A stretch of DNA of 64,000 nt from Bacteriovoracia bacterium (GCA_046570105.1 JBKHVI010000001.1:64001-128000), one strand, 5' to 3'. Counted from the stretch's first letter, positions 50,154-60,698 are shown. The notes: generated by a model from the sequence alone, not told the origin. Translations and numbers: made by a program.

Positions 50154-51689
50154 ATGCAGTTAACACTTGATCAAAGCGGAAAAAATACTCTTGGAGCTGA
50201 TGTCAAAATCCTCAGCGCATTTCAAAAGACTAAAACTAGCAAAGTAAAAGGTAAGGAATCAACCGAGACGATCGTCAGCGTTGATCACTGGACTGACAAA
50301 AATCTGGTTGAAGAGTTTCAACAATTGCGCGCCCAGGCCACCTACAAGGCCGGTAAAGATGAAGTACTTACTTTCACCGGAACAATGGGTGAAATGGTTA
50401 AAGTCGTGGGCCTTGGCGATCGTGCCAAGATCAAAGCCGAAGATCTTCGTAAATCAATTGCAAAAATCTTTAAGACTGTAAAAGCCGAGAAGCATGCTGT
50501 AATCAGCATCGATCTCCATTCTTTCGACGTCCTGAAAGATACCGCGCGCGCCGCAGGTCTAATCGCTGAATCAATTGGTATGTCGAATTATTCATTCGAT
50601 AAATACCTCAGCAAAAAATCACCGGCCAACCTAGAAGAAATTCTAATTACTGGATTTGATAAAAAGAAAGAAGTCGCCATTAAGAAAGCCATTCTTGATG
50701 CCCAACTCCTCACGGACTCCATCAATGTAGGCCGTGATTACGTAAATGAAGTTCCTAACGTCTTGCGCTCAACTGAGTATGCTAAGCTCGTCGAAGCCGA
50801 TGTTAAGAAAAATCTTAAAGGTGTGAAAATTAAGATTCTTAACAAAGCACAATTGAAAGCCGAAGGCATGGAGATGTTCCTCTCTGTTAACGCAGGTTCA
50901 GCCTTTGAAGCACGCTTGGTTCACTTAACTTATGAGCCAACTAAAAAAACAGCGAAGACAAAACACATTGCTCTCGTTGGTAAAGGCCTCGTGTTTGATA
51001 CTGGCGGCTACTCTTTGAAGCCAGGTGCAAACATGATGAGCATGAAACACGACATGGCGGGCTCTGCAACTGTGTATGCAGCTTTCCGTGCTGCTGTTTT
51101 GATGAAGGCTCCAGTAAAAATCAGCTGCTTACTTGGTATTACTGATAATGCCGTTAACTCACTTGCGACAATGCCTGACTCGATCGTGAAGGCGCGCAAT
51201 GGTAAGACAGTTGAAATTCTCAATACAGACGCTGAAGGTCGTCTCGTTTTGGGTGACGTGCTTGATTACGCCTGTGATCTTAAGCCTGATGGCATCATCG
51301 ATGCAGCGACACTCACGGGCGCATGTCTCGTGGCCCTTGGAAGCCAAGTGACAGCAGCGCTAGGTAACAACCAGAAATGGATTGATACTGTTCTTAAGGC
51401 GGCTCAAGACAGTGATGAGTACATGTGGCAATTGCCGATCATTCCTGAGTGGACTGCCGATATGAAATCGAAGATCGCTGATCTCAAAAATATCGGCTCA
51501 CCGATGAAAGCTGGAACTGCGACAGCGGCGGCTTTTCTCCAAGAGTTCATCAAGAACGATATTCCTTGGTGTCACCTCGATATCGCTGGAACAGCGGATG
51601 GCGCAAGTCACCTTCCCTACTGTCCACCACACGGTGCTTCGGGCCTGACTGTCCGCTCACTTGTTCACTTGTTGATGACTACAAAGTAA
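50154..51689 (+). CDS. pepA: Leucyl aminopeptidase (M17)
   Basis: VGKGLVFDTGG, MKHDMAG, NTDAEGRL, DAATLTGA, HLDIAG. Confidence 0.97.
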   Translation: MQLTLDQSGKNTLGADVKILSAFQKTKTSKVKGKESTETIVSVDHWTDKNLVEEFQQLRAQATYKAGKDEVLTFTGTMGEMVKVVGLGDRAKIKAEDLRKSIAKIFKTVKAEKHAVISIDLHSFDVLKDTARAAGLIAESIGMSNYSFDKYLSKKSPANLEEILITGFDKKKEVAIKKAILDAQLLTDSINVGRDYVNEVPNVLRSTEYAKLVEADVKKNLKGVKIKILNKAQLKAEGMEMFLSVNAGSAFEARLVHLTYEPTKKTAKTKHIALVGKGLVFDTGGYSLKPGANMMSMKHDMAGSATVYAAFRAAVLMKAPVKISCLLGITDNAVNSLATMPDSIVKARNGKTVEILNTDAEGRLVLGDVLDYACDLKPDGIIDAATLTGACLVALGSQVTAALGNNQKWIDTVLKAAQDSDEYMWQLPIIPEWTADMKSKIADLKNIGSPMKAGTATAAAFLQEFIKNDIPWCHLDIAGTADGASHLPYCPPHGASGLTVRSLVHLLMTTK

Positions 51690-52160
51690 ATGTCCGATCC
51701 TTTTTTCCGAATTGTTCTGCATGCGCCTGAGATTCCCGGTAATACCGGGAGTATCGGGCGCACTTGCGTTGCACTTAATGCTGAACTCATCCTCATTAAG
51801 CCTTATGGTTTTGACATCAGCGAAAAAGCCGTTCGAAGAGCTGGCTTAGATTACTGGAAGCACGTCAAAATCAAAGAGTACGACAATTGGGAACATTTTT
51901 TAGCCAGTGAAAAACCACCGCGAGACCAAATCATGTTGTTTGAAAAAGGCGAAGGCAAAGCCTGGCACTCAGCCCCCTACAAAAAAGGATCCTACTTAGT
52001 TTTTGGTGGTGAAACGCGAGGTATCCCCGATCGAATTCTGCAAGACATGCCAGATAACTTTTATAGTTTTCCCCAGTACTCCCCGCACATTCGCTCGTTG
52101 AATTTGGCCAACATCGCAACGGCTGCGGCCTACGAATGTTTGCGACAAATTAATCATTAG
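51690..52160 (+). CDS. trmL: tRNA (cytidine/uridine-34-2'-O)-methyltransferase
   Basis: PEIPGNTG, RRAGLDYW, FGGETRG, RSLNLAN. Confidence 0.95.
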   Translation: MSDPFFRIVLHAPEIPGNTGSIGRTCVALNAELILIKPYGFDISEKAVRRAGLDYWKHVKIKEYDNWEHFLASEKPPRDQIMLFEKGEGKAWHSAPYKKGSYLVFGGETRGIPDRILQDMPDNFYSFPQYSPHIRSLNLANIATAAAYECLRQINH

Positions 52161-52162
52161 AA

Positions 52163-52192
52163 TTGGAGAAGGAGCGCATCCTCCTTCTCCAA
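52163..52192. terminator. 12-bp perfect hairpin between convergent genes (probable terminator)
   Basis: TTGGAGAAGGAG-CGCATC-CTCCTTCTCCAA; U-tract is weak. Confidence 0.6.
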
Positions 52193-52202
52193 AAATATAA
52201 AT

Positions 52203-53366
52203 TTACTCTTCTTCAGCGATGGCAGATCCAGTAACACTGTATTTACATGAAATACTTTCAGTACCATTTACGATATAGGGATCTTGTTCCGTACCTTGCT
52301 GGTCATAAGTTGTCACAAAATCTCTATATGCAGCGGTGTACGTTCCTGACAATTCCCCGTCTTCATAATTTAGCACTAGATCTTGTGATTCACGATAAGT
52401 GACGTCAGTTGAAGAAAGATACCATTCACCAGTCCAAGCCTCAGTAGCGACTCCGGCGGGAAGTTCAATAGACTCTTGGTCAGTAATTCTTAGTGTGTTG
52501 CTAGAAATCAAACGAGGCAACATATCTAGAGTGCCAGTTCCACAATTTTCATACTGCATGTCGCAGTCTACAAAGGTTCCATCCATATTCAAGGTTGGTC
52601 TTGCTGCGATTTCATCAAACTCTGCGTAATTTGTAAGATCAATAAAGTATGTATCAGCTGAACCTGGCTTAGTAATCTCTCCTGAAGCTGCTATATATTG
52701 GTAGCAATAATCGGTAGAACCTGATGTTAAAGTACCGAATATTTTGATTCGGTTCTCACCTGTTTGTACATTAGCGTTCGTAGCAATTGTATTAAGAACT
52801 GTTTTAAGCTCATTAGAAAGAGAACTATTTAAAGTGATGAAGCGATTAATATGAGCTTCTGCATCTAACGCTGAAACAACTGTTAATTTATCCAACTTTG
52901 TAGGATCTGCTATAATTGCATCAAAAGTTTCTGCCGACAGATCATCTGTAAATGAACTTATATCCAAAACTGCATCATCGTCGAGATCAGCCGGATCTCC
53001 AGCTTCTGGCAACGCAATAGTTAAGAGGATACGCGAGACTTTAACTTTATCAGCTGGAGAAATGTCTAACTCGCTTAGAAATACTTTATCTCCACAAGAC
53101 GCAGAGCCTATGGTCAGACCATTGATCAAAAACTCAATTGCTTCACCACGAACGCAGCTAAACTTACCACCGTTTGCTGTCGTATCAGTTGAACCATCCG
53201 CATATTTAACTGTGAGTCCATTCACTGGAGCATCAATAAACTGCGCAGAGATTGAACTAAAAACACTTCCATCACTGCTACCACCACCGCCACTTGAACC
53301 ACCACCGCCTCCGCAAGCAACTGCTAACATGAGTGAAGGCAAAACTGCATAATTAAGAAATCTCAT
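52203..53366 (-). CDS. Acidic surface lipoprotein with Gly/Ser linker
   Basis: LAVAC-GGGGGSSGGGGSS; FIDAPVNGL..G.F...GE.I.F.I....IG N-terminal module. Confidence 0.8.
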   Translation of the reverse strand: MRFLNYAVLPSLMLAVACGGGGGSSGGGGSSDGSVFSSISAQFIDAPVNGLTVKYADGSTDTTANGGKFSCVRGEAIEFLINGLTIGSASCGDKVFLSELDISPADKVKVSRILLTIALPEAGDPADLDDDAVLDISSFTDDLSAETFDAIIADPTKLDKLTVVSALDAEAHINRFITLNSSLSNELKTVLNTIATNANVQTGENRIKIFGTLTSGSTDYCYQYIAASGEITKPGSADTYFIDLTNYAEFDEIAARPTLNMDGTFVDCDMQYENCGTGTLDMLPRLISSNTLRITDQESIELPAGVATEAWTGEWYLSSTDVTYRESQDLVLNYEDGELSGTYTAAYRDFVTTYDQQGTEQDPYIVNGTESISCKYSVTGSAIAEEE

Positions 53367-53630
53367 CCATTCTCCTTGGTTTTACTTGCTATAAGTATAT
53401 GTGAATCCATTTTAATCTCAAGTTAAGAATTTCATCGATATAGGAAGAGTTTGATTTTTAAACAAATTCAGAGACTTAATTTTTGTGAATTTGAATTTCG
53501 AATTTGTTCTGGCCATAGTTTTAAATTTTCAATCCCTGACTGTTTTAGTTTGAACTTCAAAAAATAGCTTGGATTGCTTCCAATAACGTTTCTTGATGAC
53601 TTCACTTTTTGTATTTCCTAGTATTTTCCG

Positions 53631-54107
53631 ATGAGATTTCTTTGTATTTTATTTTTGATTTTCGCATCAAAAAGTTTCGCCAACATCATCGCTGCCACCG
53701 GCGTCTCCGCTGTCACTGAAGGACGTGTGATTCCGATTCTCTACGTGGGATACGATGCGCCTGATTTTGCGGCCACCATCAGCTCGGTGGGCGTAGCAAA
53801 CGATGTGTACTACCAATCGGCTTATCAGTTAGGAATTTTTCGTCAAACTGATTTAGAGAATTTTTTGTGGGGCAAAACTCGAGCAGGCATGGGCCTCGGT
53901 GTCCATTACGCTGAGAGAGGGCTTGAGCAATACGATAAAACCGAAAAGGTCACTGATTTCTCCATGGGCCCCAGCATTCGCGTGACCTGGGAAGTTCTGC
54001 CTTATGTCGTTCTTGGAGTTGAATCATTCGTTGGGATTGGAAGCGCCGACATCATCATTCTCTCTACTCAGCAAATCAGTACTCTGTTTTTGGGAGTGAG
54101 ATTTTGA
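53631..54107 (+). CDS. Putative small outer-membrane beta-barrel protein
   Basis: Signal peptide, amphipathic strands, C-terminal LFLGVRF. Confidence 0.7.
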   Translation: MRFLCILFLIFASKSFANIIAATGVSAVTEGRVIPILYVGYDAPDFAATISSVGVANDVYYQSAYQLGIFRQTDLENFLWGKTRAGMGLGVHYAERGLEQYDKTEKVTDFSMGPSIRVTWEVLPYVVLGVESFVGIGSADIIILSTQQISTLFLGVRF

Positions 54108-54487
54108 AAAAAATTATCTTCACCATTCTAGTCATCCTATTTTTCACAAAACCTTCATACTCTGCAGTCGATGAGAAGATTGGTCACCTCTACGTCGCTG
54201 GGGGACCGGGCCTCATCAGCCTTGGCAGTTTACGAGTCGGAGTGCGGAGCTGGGAGTTCGGTCTCCTTAATCGAAATGGTATCGGCCTCGCGAAGCTGTT
54301 TTACAAAGGCAATGTCTACGCAGGTTTTGGTCCAGCCTACGTGAATGGCCTAGGATTTTACGGCGCCATGGGCTTCGAATGGCCCTTCTGGGCGATCTTT
54401 TCATTTCGCTCAGAAATTAATACCGTACAGAGTTTTAATAATTATTCGGAAGGCGGCATCTTGGCCGGCTTCACGATCTATCTCTAG
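54104..54487 (+). CDS. Putative small outer-membrane beta-strand protein
   Basis: Signal peptide; Gly/aromatic alternating strands; overlaps previous gene by 4 nt. Confidence 0.65.
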   Translation: MKKIIFTILVILFFTKPSYSAVDEKIGHLYVAGGPGLISLGSLRVGVRSWEFGLLNRNGIGLAKLFYKGNVYAGFGPAYVNGLGFYGAMGFEWPFWAIFSFRSEINTVQSFNNYSEGGILAGFTIYL

Positions 54488-54493
54488 GAGATT

Positions 54494-55180
54494 TTGATGT
54501 ATCGAATAATTCTCATCATTTTCTTTCTTCTTATGATGTCTGGCTTTCGCCTCCTATCTTCAGACAAATGGAACAATAAAGAATCCTCACCTACCCTATG
54601 GGTAAAAGTATGCGACGACATGATTGATGCTGAAATCGATGATAATGATTTATCAACTAATGATGCTCTCTACGGACGTAATCTCGACGTAAGAGCGGTC
54701 GTTCAAAGTATTATCCGTGATATAAATAAAGTTGATAAATCTTGGATTCGCTTAGCTCTCTACCCAGCTGACCCACAAAACCCTGGAGCTCCTGCAACGG
54801 GAGACGACACATTCACTATCGCATTAGCAGAGAATCGTACCATTGAGATTTGTGAGAACTCGCCAACAAATCCTTTCCAAGGTGGAGAAGCAAGGCCTGA
54901 AGTTGAAGGAAGTGAGGTCATTGGCTGCAAAATTCAAATGAATCGCAAATCCAGAAAAAAAGCACGCGGTTTTACTGGAACCTTGACCCATGAAATAGGT
55001 CATTGTCTGGGTCTGGATCATCCACAAGAAACTCGTCACGCAATTATGTCTTACTTTCACTCTGAGAAACAGTATCGCTTAATGATTGATGACAAGATGG
55101 GATTGATTCATCTTTACCCAGAAGATGGAATCTCATTAAAAGAAAAACCAAACCTAGGGCTTAAGTGCTCTAAGGACTAG
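54494..55180 (+). CDS. Matrixin (M10, metzincin) metalloprotease
   Basis: HEIGHCLGLDH zinc motif and Met-turn AIMSY. Confidence 0.9.
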   Translation: MMYRIILIIFFLLMMSGFRLLSSDKWNNKESSPTLWVKVCDDMIDAEIDDNDLSTNDALYGRNLDVRAVVQSIIRDINKVDKSWIRLALYPADPQNPGAPATGDDTFTIALAENRTIEICENSPTNPFQGGEARPEVEGSEVIGCKIQMNRKSRKKARGFTGTLTHEIGHCLGLDHPQETRHAIMSYFHSEKQYRLMIDDKMGLIHLYPEDGISLKEKPNLGLKCSKD

Positions 55181-55184
55181 GGTA

Positions 55185-55847
55185 TTAGGACGCCTCGACT
55201 AACTCTACTACTCCGTCTCGTAAAACTTGAATACGAACTCCTGCGCTCGCAAGTTTTGCGCGAAGATTTGAAAGATGACTATTGAGAGTTTTATCCGACA
55301 CGTTTATTTCGCCCCAGATTTTTTGAAAGATAGTGCTCTTGTGGGTTTTATTTTGAGAACATCGCAAAAGGTGCGCCAAAATTTTAAGTTCCTTCAGAGT
55401 AACATCAATCAATTCATCCCCCGAACGAACTTCCATCATTTGCAAATCGACTAACAAATTACCGAGACGCAATTTCGTTTTTTTGAAATTCTGGATACAG
55501 TTCTCAACTCGTAACTTAAATTCTGCAGGCCCCATAGATTTAGAAACAAATTCGGCCCCCGTCTCCACCATGGCTTCTTTTAGCGTTTCTGGTGACACAT
55601 CAAAAGAAACAAAAATGACGGGTACATCTTTGGTATTTTCAGCATTCATTAATTCTTTTGAAACACTGAAACCGCAGGATTCAACTAAATGAATATCAAT
55701 CAAATAGGCATCGAGTTTTTTAGATTTACAACAATCTATAAACTCTTCTTTAACCGTATAAGTCTCAAGATTGAAATTTGCACCTAACTTAAAAGCTACG
55801 ACAGCAAAATTTGATTCCTGATCATCGAGATATGCAACGTGATACAT
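55185..55847 (-). CDS. OmpR-family response regulator (orphan)
   Basis: Receiver (YLDD, LIDIHL) and winged HTH (LKELKIL..IWG..TLNSHLSNLRAKL). Confidence 0.88.
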   Translation of the reverse strand: MYHVAYLDDQESNFAVVAFKLGANFNLETYTVKEEFIDCCKSKKLDAYLIDIHLVESCGFSVSKELMNAENTKDVPVIFVSFDVSPETLKEAMVETGAEFVSKSMGPAEFKLRVENCIQNFKKTKLRLGNLLVDLQMMEVRSGDELIDVTLKELKILAHLLRCSQNKTHKSTIFQKIWGEINVSDKTLNSHLSNLRAKLASAGVRIQVLRDGVVELVEAS

Positions 55848-55943
55848 TAAAGAAAATTCCTAATGAAATAAGCTATCTAGGATTTTAACCAAAAATTTTA
55901 GGATTTTGAGACAAGATTTCTGGGCAGAGACGCCAGGCAGCAA

Positions 55944-56720
55944 TCACTTCTCCCAGAAGAATTGCTCCGTGACCCACAACTTACGCTGCTCCTCAGTAAT
56001 TATTCGCCCCCAGCGCATCTTTAGAAGAACTGCCTTGATTCGAGAACGAGCAAAGCGGGTCAATTTCCTTTTCTGAAACGACACATAATAGCGCTTGGGT
56101 GACGGCAGCAACATGGCCAAAAACGCAGCCTCTCTTGGATTAAGTGCAGAAGGATGTTTTTTGAAATAGTGATAACTGGCATTTCGAATTCCATAAATTT
56201 TTGGACCAAATTCAACAATGTTAAAATACGTTTCTAAGATTTTTTTCTTAGGAACAGTCTTCTCCATTTTTTGAGTCAAAATCATTTCATGAATTTTTCG
56301 AATAATACTTCGACTTGAAGAAAGAAAAACATTTTTCACAACTTGTTGAGAAATTGTGCTGGCGCCTCTTACAAGTCGACGTTCCTTCACACTCTCATTA
56401 ATCGCTTTTTTTAGTTCGTCGTAATCGACTCCCTGATGGTCGTAGAATCCCCAATCCTCAGATAATATGATGGCCCATTTTCCGTAAGAGGAAATTTGAT
56501 CTAGCCTTACCCAGTATGCAGGGGCCTTAGGCCGAAATTCATACTCAACTTTCTCATCAATATTTTTTGGAATGATCACATGAGGCCACTCGCTATTCAT
56601 GCGAGAAACATCGTCAGAAAAATACATATAAACAGGCATAACCAAGGCAACAAATAGGAAGAGCCCCAAAGCAATGGGGAGTCTTCTTAACCAAGGTTTT
56701 TTACGCTTTTTTCGTGCCAT
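55944..56720 (-). CDS. mtgA: Monofunctional biosynthetic peptidoglycan transglycosylase
   Basis: SED..FYDHQGVD, RGASTISQQVVKN, RKIHE, YFNIVEFG. Confidence 0.92.
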   Translation of the reverse strand: MARKKRKKPWLRRLPIALGLFLFVALVMPVYMYFSDDVSRMNSEWPHVIIPKNIDEKVEYEFRPKAPAYWVRLDQISSYGKWAIILSEDWGFYDHQGVDYDELKKAINESVKERRLVRGASTISQQVVKNVFLSSSRSIIRKIHEMILTQKMEKTVPKKKILETYFNIVEFGPKIYGIRNASYHYFKKHPSALNPREAAFLAMLLPSPKRYYVSFQKRKLTRFARSRIKAVLLKMRWGRIITEEQRKLWVTEQFFWEK

Positions 56721-56797
56721 AAGGCCTTAATTTACAACATTTTAGCCACTTAGGGGAGCACTCAAGACAAATATTCGAAATTCCGAAAAGTTAGGCT

Positions 56798-57217
56798 GTG
56801 AAACCTTATGTCGGGCTCCTCTGCGCCCTAATAGCAGGCTGTCATCAAACTCACCCATTGAAGGGGATAAAGGACATTCGTCCCGGCAGCACTTCTTTGC
56901 AGGAAGCCTTATTAATACTCGAAGATCCAGAGCGGGTGATGAATAACGAAACTCAACCCGGAACACAGATCTTTCATTGGGAAGAGTTCTCTCTACAAAT
57001 TGACCATAAAATTGTTGAAGCGATCTTTCGAAATCCAACGGCCAATGAAACCTCATTTCTCTATTGGCGACATGCTTACCGACAAAACCACACTCAATTA
57101 AAAAAAATCAAAAATACAAGTCATTGGCAATTCACAGTCCCTCAAGCTGGTCTTGCTGTCATCTATGATGAAGAACTTGATCTTGTGACAAAGGTTGTAC
57201 GTTATGAAGCACCCTAA
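56798..57217 (+). CDS. Hypothetical lipoprotein
   Basis: Lipobox LIAGC; overlaps the next gene. Confidence 0.7.
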   Translation: MKPYVGLLCALIAGCHQTHPLKGIKDIRPGSTSLQEALLILEDPERVMNNETQPGTQIFHWEEFSLQIDHKIVEAIFRNPTANETSFLYWRHAYRQNHTQLKKIKNTSHWQFTVPQAGLAVIYDEELDLVTKVVRYEAP

Positions 57218-59567
57218 TCAGTGGCTGAGACTCGCAACCGTTTTATGGAAGTTTAATTGGAGAAAAAATCCAAACTTAAAATTCATAACTTTCTTTGCTG
57301 CTGCCATATTGTTGTTCAGTGCTCTCAAGCATTTTGATCACCCATCTTCCAAAAAAACGTCGTGGCATACCACTTATTGGCAATTACCACATATAGATTC
57401 TGCTCGAATGCCTGCTTCAGGAGAAGAGTGTTCACCAAATACTCCCAAGCTAGATGATCTTCAAAGAGAAAATAAAAAGCTAAATCATCTTAAGAGCCAT
57501 TCTATAAAAGGTTTTTGGCTGCATTTTAATTTAGCAAAATTAAGTTTTGCTGAGGCACGCTTTCTTTCATTTTTCCCTGCTGCTCCTCTCCTTCCAGTAG
57601 CGCAACAACTCAAGACTTGCGTCGACATCCCTTGTCTCTTTAATCAGCTATCGCAAGATCAAAGTGGTGAATACGGAGAGCTGGCATGGAACTTCTATCT
57701 TAAAACAGGCATCGCACTTCAATGGAAAGACGGCGAAAACTCATTTAATAAAAATGAACTGCAACTTCTGTGGCAACTAGCTTCGCAACTACCCACTTCA
57801 TTCTTGCATCAAACAAAATTAAGACAGCTGAGTAAGTCTCCGCTGCGCGAAGGGGTTTGCTTCAATACGCACAACTCTGTGGTCGAATTATCGACTCAGT
57901 GTTTAACTCTTGAATCAACGGCAGTAGAGACAAAGAAGATTATTGTCGCTGGCATGGCCGATGCTCTTTATTCTCAACTAAAAATGCCTGAACAATCTCA
58001 GTTCTCTTGGCAAAAGAATACTTGGAAAGAATTGACTCAAGATCGAAAGGCTTTTGCTCAACAAGTAGCTCAGTATATCGTTCAATTTGAAGCCGCTCCG
58101 GAATTGCATTCCTACTTTAAAGAAACACTTTTTAAACGTGATTGGTCTCTCGCCGGAGAGATGCATCGAATGTTCAAAAAAGATCAGTGGCTTTGGCGAG
58201 ACATAAAAAATCGTCATCTTAACGACTGCCTAGATTTACACAAGTCCGCTCTGTTTGAAAAAAAATCACCAAGAGGCATTGCCTCATTATCAGAGCCACA
58301 TCCAATAGCTGTTTGCTTGAGAGAAACTGCGCAACAAGATTTTTTAAAAAACAGACGCCAATGGTTAAGCCAAGAGAATCCACGTCACTGTGAGTGGCTA
58401 AGTTCTTTGCCTTCGGGAGCTGTACCAGTCGATGAATACATCCATCATTGGGAAAAATTACTGACGAGAGATATAGATCAACTTGAATGGCGCTTGAGAG
58501 CAGAAGGGCCTTCGTGGCTGGCACAGCATATCAAAAAAGAAGTTGTACTCGCAAAAATGGATCCCACTTGGGTTTATTTTCAATGTCATGCTTCACAAAA
58601 TCCCAAGGGATGTTACGAGCAAGGACTCACTAATCTTGTGCGAGAGCAGGAGCGTGGCCCTGCTTCAGAAAAAGAAGAATGGCTTAACGACTATCCATTT
58701 GAATCACTCGAAGAAAGAGTGAACGAGGATGTAGGTATAAAGCGTCAGTGGTTTTTAAGTCACATTGAAGAGGACGCAGAAAAGGCTTGGAGTCATTGTT
58801 GGCGGCAAGGGCCAAATGAGATGGTACTTTTAAAATCATCTCCACAATGGATTAGCTCAGGCGCTGAATATGTCGATGGGAAATTCGCTACTTGCTTGGA
58901 AAATGCTTCCGCAAGACTTGTGAGTCAGATTATTAAAGATAATTCACCCGAGTCGCTATTTTGGCTAAAAGAGCTCAAATCACCACTAAAAGACTGGTGG
59001 AAAAAGAAAATTCAAACCGAAGCAAATAAAGAACGCTCATGGCTTCTGCAGCAATCTGAACTAATTAAATCTAATCTTTCACAAGACTTGCTAAGTCAGT
59101 TGAAAGGTCACCAGAATTTTAGCGTCAACGCTCAATGCTTAAATCGCTTATCTTATCATTATCCTACTCGCATGTACTTCCACGAGCGTCGACAACTCAA
59201 TCAAAATTTTGGTGTGCGACTTTGTAAAGAAGTACTCGCAACGGTTTCTATGAAGAAAGCGGTTGGCTCTTATAAAAAAATGCGATGGAACAACTTCGGA
59301 AGCGAATTAACCACACAGTTGCTTACTCGCTGGGAAGATCGTACGCGACGTTTTTGTTTTGGTCGAATTCCTGCACAAGAGATAAGAGATCTCATCGAGA
59401 CGGAAAAGATGAAAGGATGCATGAGAGAGCAATTCGATCTCTCTAGGCCGGAAGCCTCAACAGAAGTCACACAAAAGTTTTCGCTACCAGAGGACAGTCT
59501 TGATGAATTCAAAGACGAAGTCATCACCATAGCTGAAGCCTCACTTTTAGACCAATTACAGAAATGA
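57204..59567 (+). CDS. Large hypothetical membrane-anchored, Cys/Trp-rich helical protein
   Basis: ~787-aa ORF, N-terminal TM, paired Cys; ATGA overlap with rlmC. Confidence 0.75.
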   Translation: MKHPNQWLRLATVLWKFNWRKNPNLKFITFFAAAILLFSALKHFDHPSSKKTSWHTTYWQLPHIDSARMPASGEECSPNTPKLDDLQRENKKLNHLKSHSIKGFWLHFNLAKLSFAEARFLSFFPAAPLLPVAQQLKTCVDIPCLFNQLSQDQSGEYGELAWNFYLKTGIALQWKDGENSFNKNELQLLWQLASQLPTSFLHQTKLRQLSKSPLREGVCFNTHNSVVELSTQCLTLESTAVETKKIIVAGMADALYSQLKMPEQSQFSWQKNTWKELTQDRKAFAQQVAQYIVQFEAAPELHSYFKETLFKRDWSLAGEMHRMFKKDQWLWRDIKNRHLNDCLDLHKSALFEKKSPRGIASLSEPHPIAVCLRETAQQDFLKNRRQWLSQENPRHCEWLSSLPSGAVPVDEYIHHWEKLLTRDIDQLEWRLRAEGPSWLAQHIKKEVVLAKMDPTWVYFQCHASQNPKGCYEQGLTNLVREQERGPASEKEEWLNDYPFESLEERVNEDVGIKRQWFLSHIEEDAEKAWSHCWRQGPNEMVLLKSSPQWISSGAEYVDGKFATCLENASARLVSQIIKDNSPESLFWLKELKSPLKDWWKKKIQTEANKERSWLLQQSELIKSNLSQDLLSQLKGHQNFSVNAQCLNRLSYHYPTRMYFHERRQLNQNFGVRLCKEVLATVSMKKAVGSYKKMRWNNFGSELTTQLLTRWEDRTRRFCFGRIPAQEIRDLIETEKMKGCMREQFDLSRPEASTEVTQKFSLPEDSLDEFKDEVITIAEASLLDQLQK

Positions 59568-60673
59568 GTGGCTGCACCTATTTTGATAAAAACTTATGCC
59601 GCTCATGCTCTGAAATGGATAAAGATCCAACAGAGTTGCTTACTCAAAAAAATATCCTGCTCCAGAATATTTTCAATATCGAGCCTGAAATTTCATCACA
59701 AGGTTCTCTTTGGGGATTTCGTGACAAAATCAAGCTCAATGTTGGGGGAACACTTGAGGCTCCCCTTATTGGACTTCTTTCAGTTGATCTAAAAAATGTA
59801 GCAGAACTTCCTCTTTGCCCTGTTCAAGCAACAACCTTGAATGAATCAATCGCTCCATTAAAAGATTTCATTACACGCTGGAAACTCACACCTTACGATA
59901 TCAATTCACGCAAGGGCGAACTCAAAGGATTAATCCTTAGCTGGTCCCCCACGACAAAACAGAAAATGATTCGCTTTGTATTACGCTCGAAAGAAGCGCT
60001 CGATCGAATTCGACTCGGACTTTCGGAGTTAGGTGAGTTCAATGTCGTTTCAGTTAACATTCAACCCATTCCTCATGCTCTCCTTGAGGGTGAAGAAGAA
60101 ATTGTGCTCTCAACGGCTCAAACTCTTATTCATCAGAGTGGCGACATTCGTTTATCTTTTTCTCCGCAAAGTTTTATGCAAACTAATTCTGCTGTCGCCA
60201 CACAACTTTATCAAACTGCCACAGAATGGCTTTCACCGTGGAAGAACAATCCCGTGCTTGATTTGTTCTGTGGAGCTGGTGGCTTTGCTCTACATCTCGC
60301 GAGCAAGGGACATCATGTTTTAGGTATTGAAATTAATGCTTCGGCGATCAAAGAGGCTCAACGCATGGCCCATGAACTGAAACTATCAGCGCAATTTAAA
60401 GCGGCCGCAGTTGCAAGAATTGAGCACGAATGGACCACATTTGTTCCTCAAGTTGTCCTCGTGAATCCGCCCCGTCGCGGCTTGGGAGAGGCCCTTGACC
60501 TCGTTATGCGCCAACGGCCGGCCATTCTCCTCTACTCCAGTTGTTCATATGAGAGCCTGGCTGCAGATTTTTCGATATTAAAAACTCATTATGACGCAAT
60601 TCGCACAAAAATCTTCGACATGTTCCCTTTCACTAATCATTTTGAGAGCTTAACCCTGCTGGTCCGACGATAG
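59564..60673 (+). CDS. rlmC: 23S rRNA (uracil-C5)-methyltransferase RlmC/RumB-like
   Basis: N-terminal C..CRSC Fe-S motif, LDLFCGAGGF, VNPPRRG, YSSC, DMFP.T.H.E. Confidence 0.88.
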   Translation: MSGCTYFDKNLCRSCSEMDKDPTELLTQKNILLQNIFNIEPEISSQGSLWGFRDKIKLNVGGTLEAPLIGLLSVDLKNVAELPLCPVQATTLNESIAPLKDFITRWKLTPYDINSRKGELKGLILSWSPTTKQKMIRFVLRSKEALDRIRLGLSELGEFNVVSVNIQPIPHALLEGEEEIVLSTAQTLIHQSGDIRLSFSPQSFMQTNSAVATQLYQTATEWLSPWKNNPVLDLFCGAGGFALHLASKGHHVLGIEINASAIKEAQRMAHELKLSAQFKAAAVARIEHEWTTFVPQVVLVNPPRRGLGEALDLVMRQRPAILLYSSCSYESLAADFSILKTHYDAIRTKIFDMFPFTNHFESLTLLVRR

Positions 60674-60698
60674 GGACTACATAGGGGCGCAAATACCA

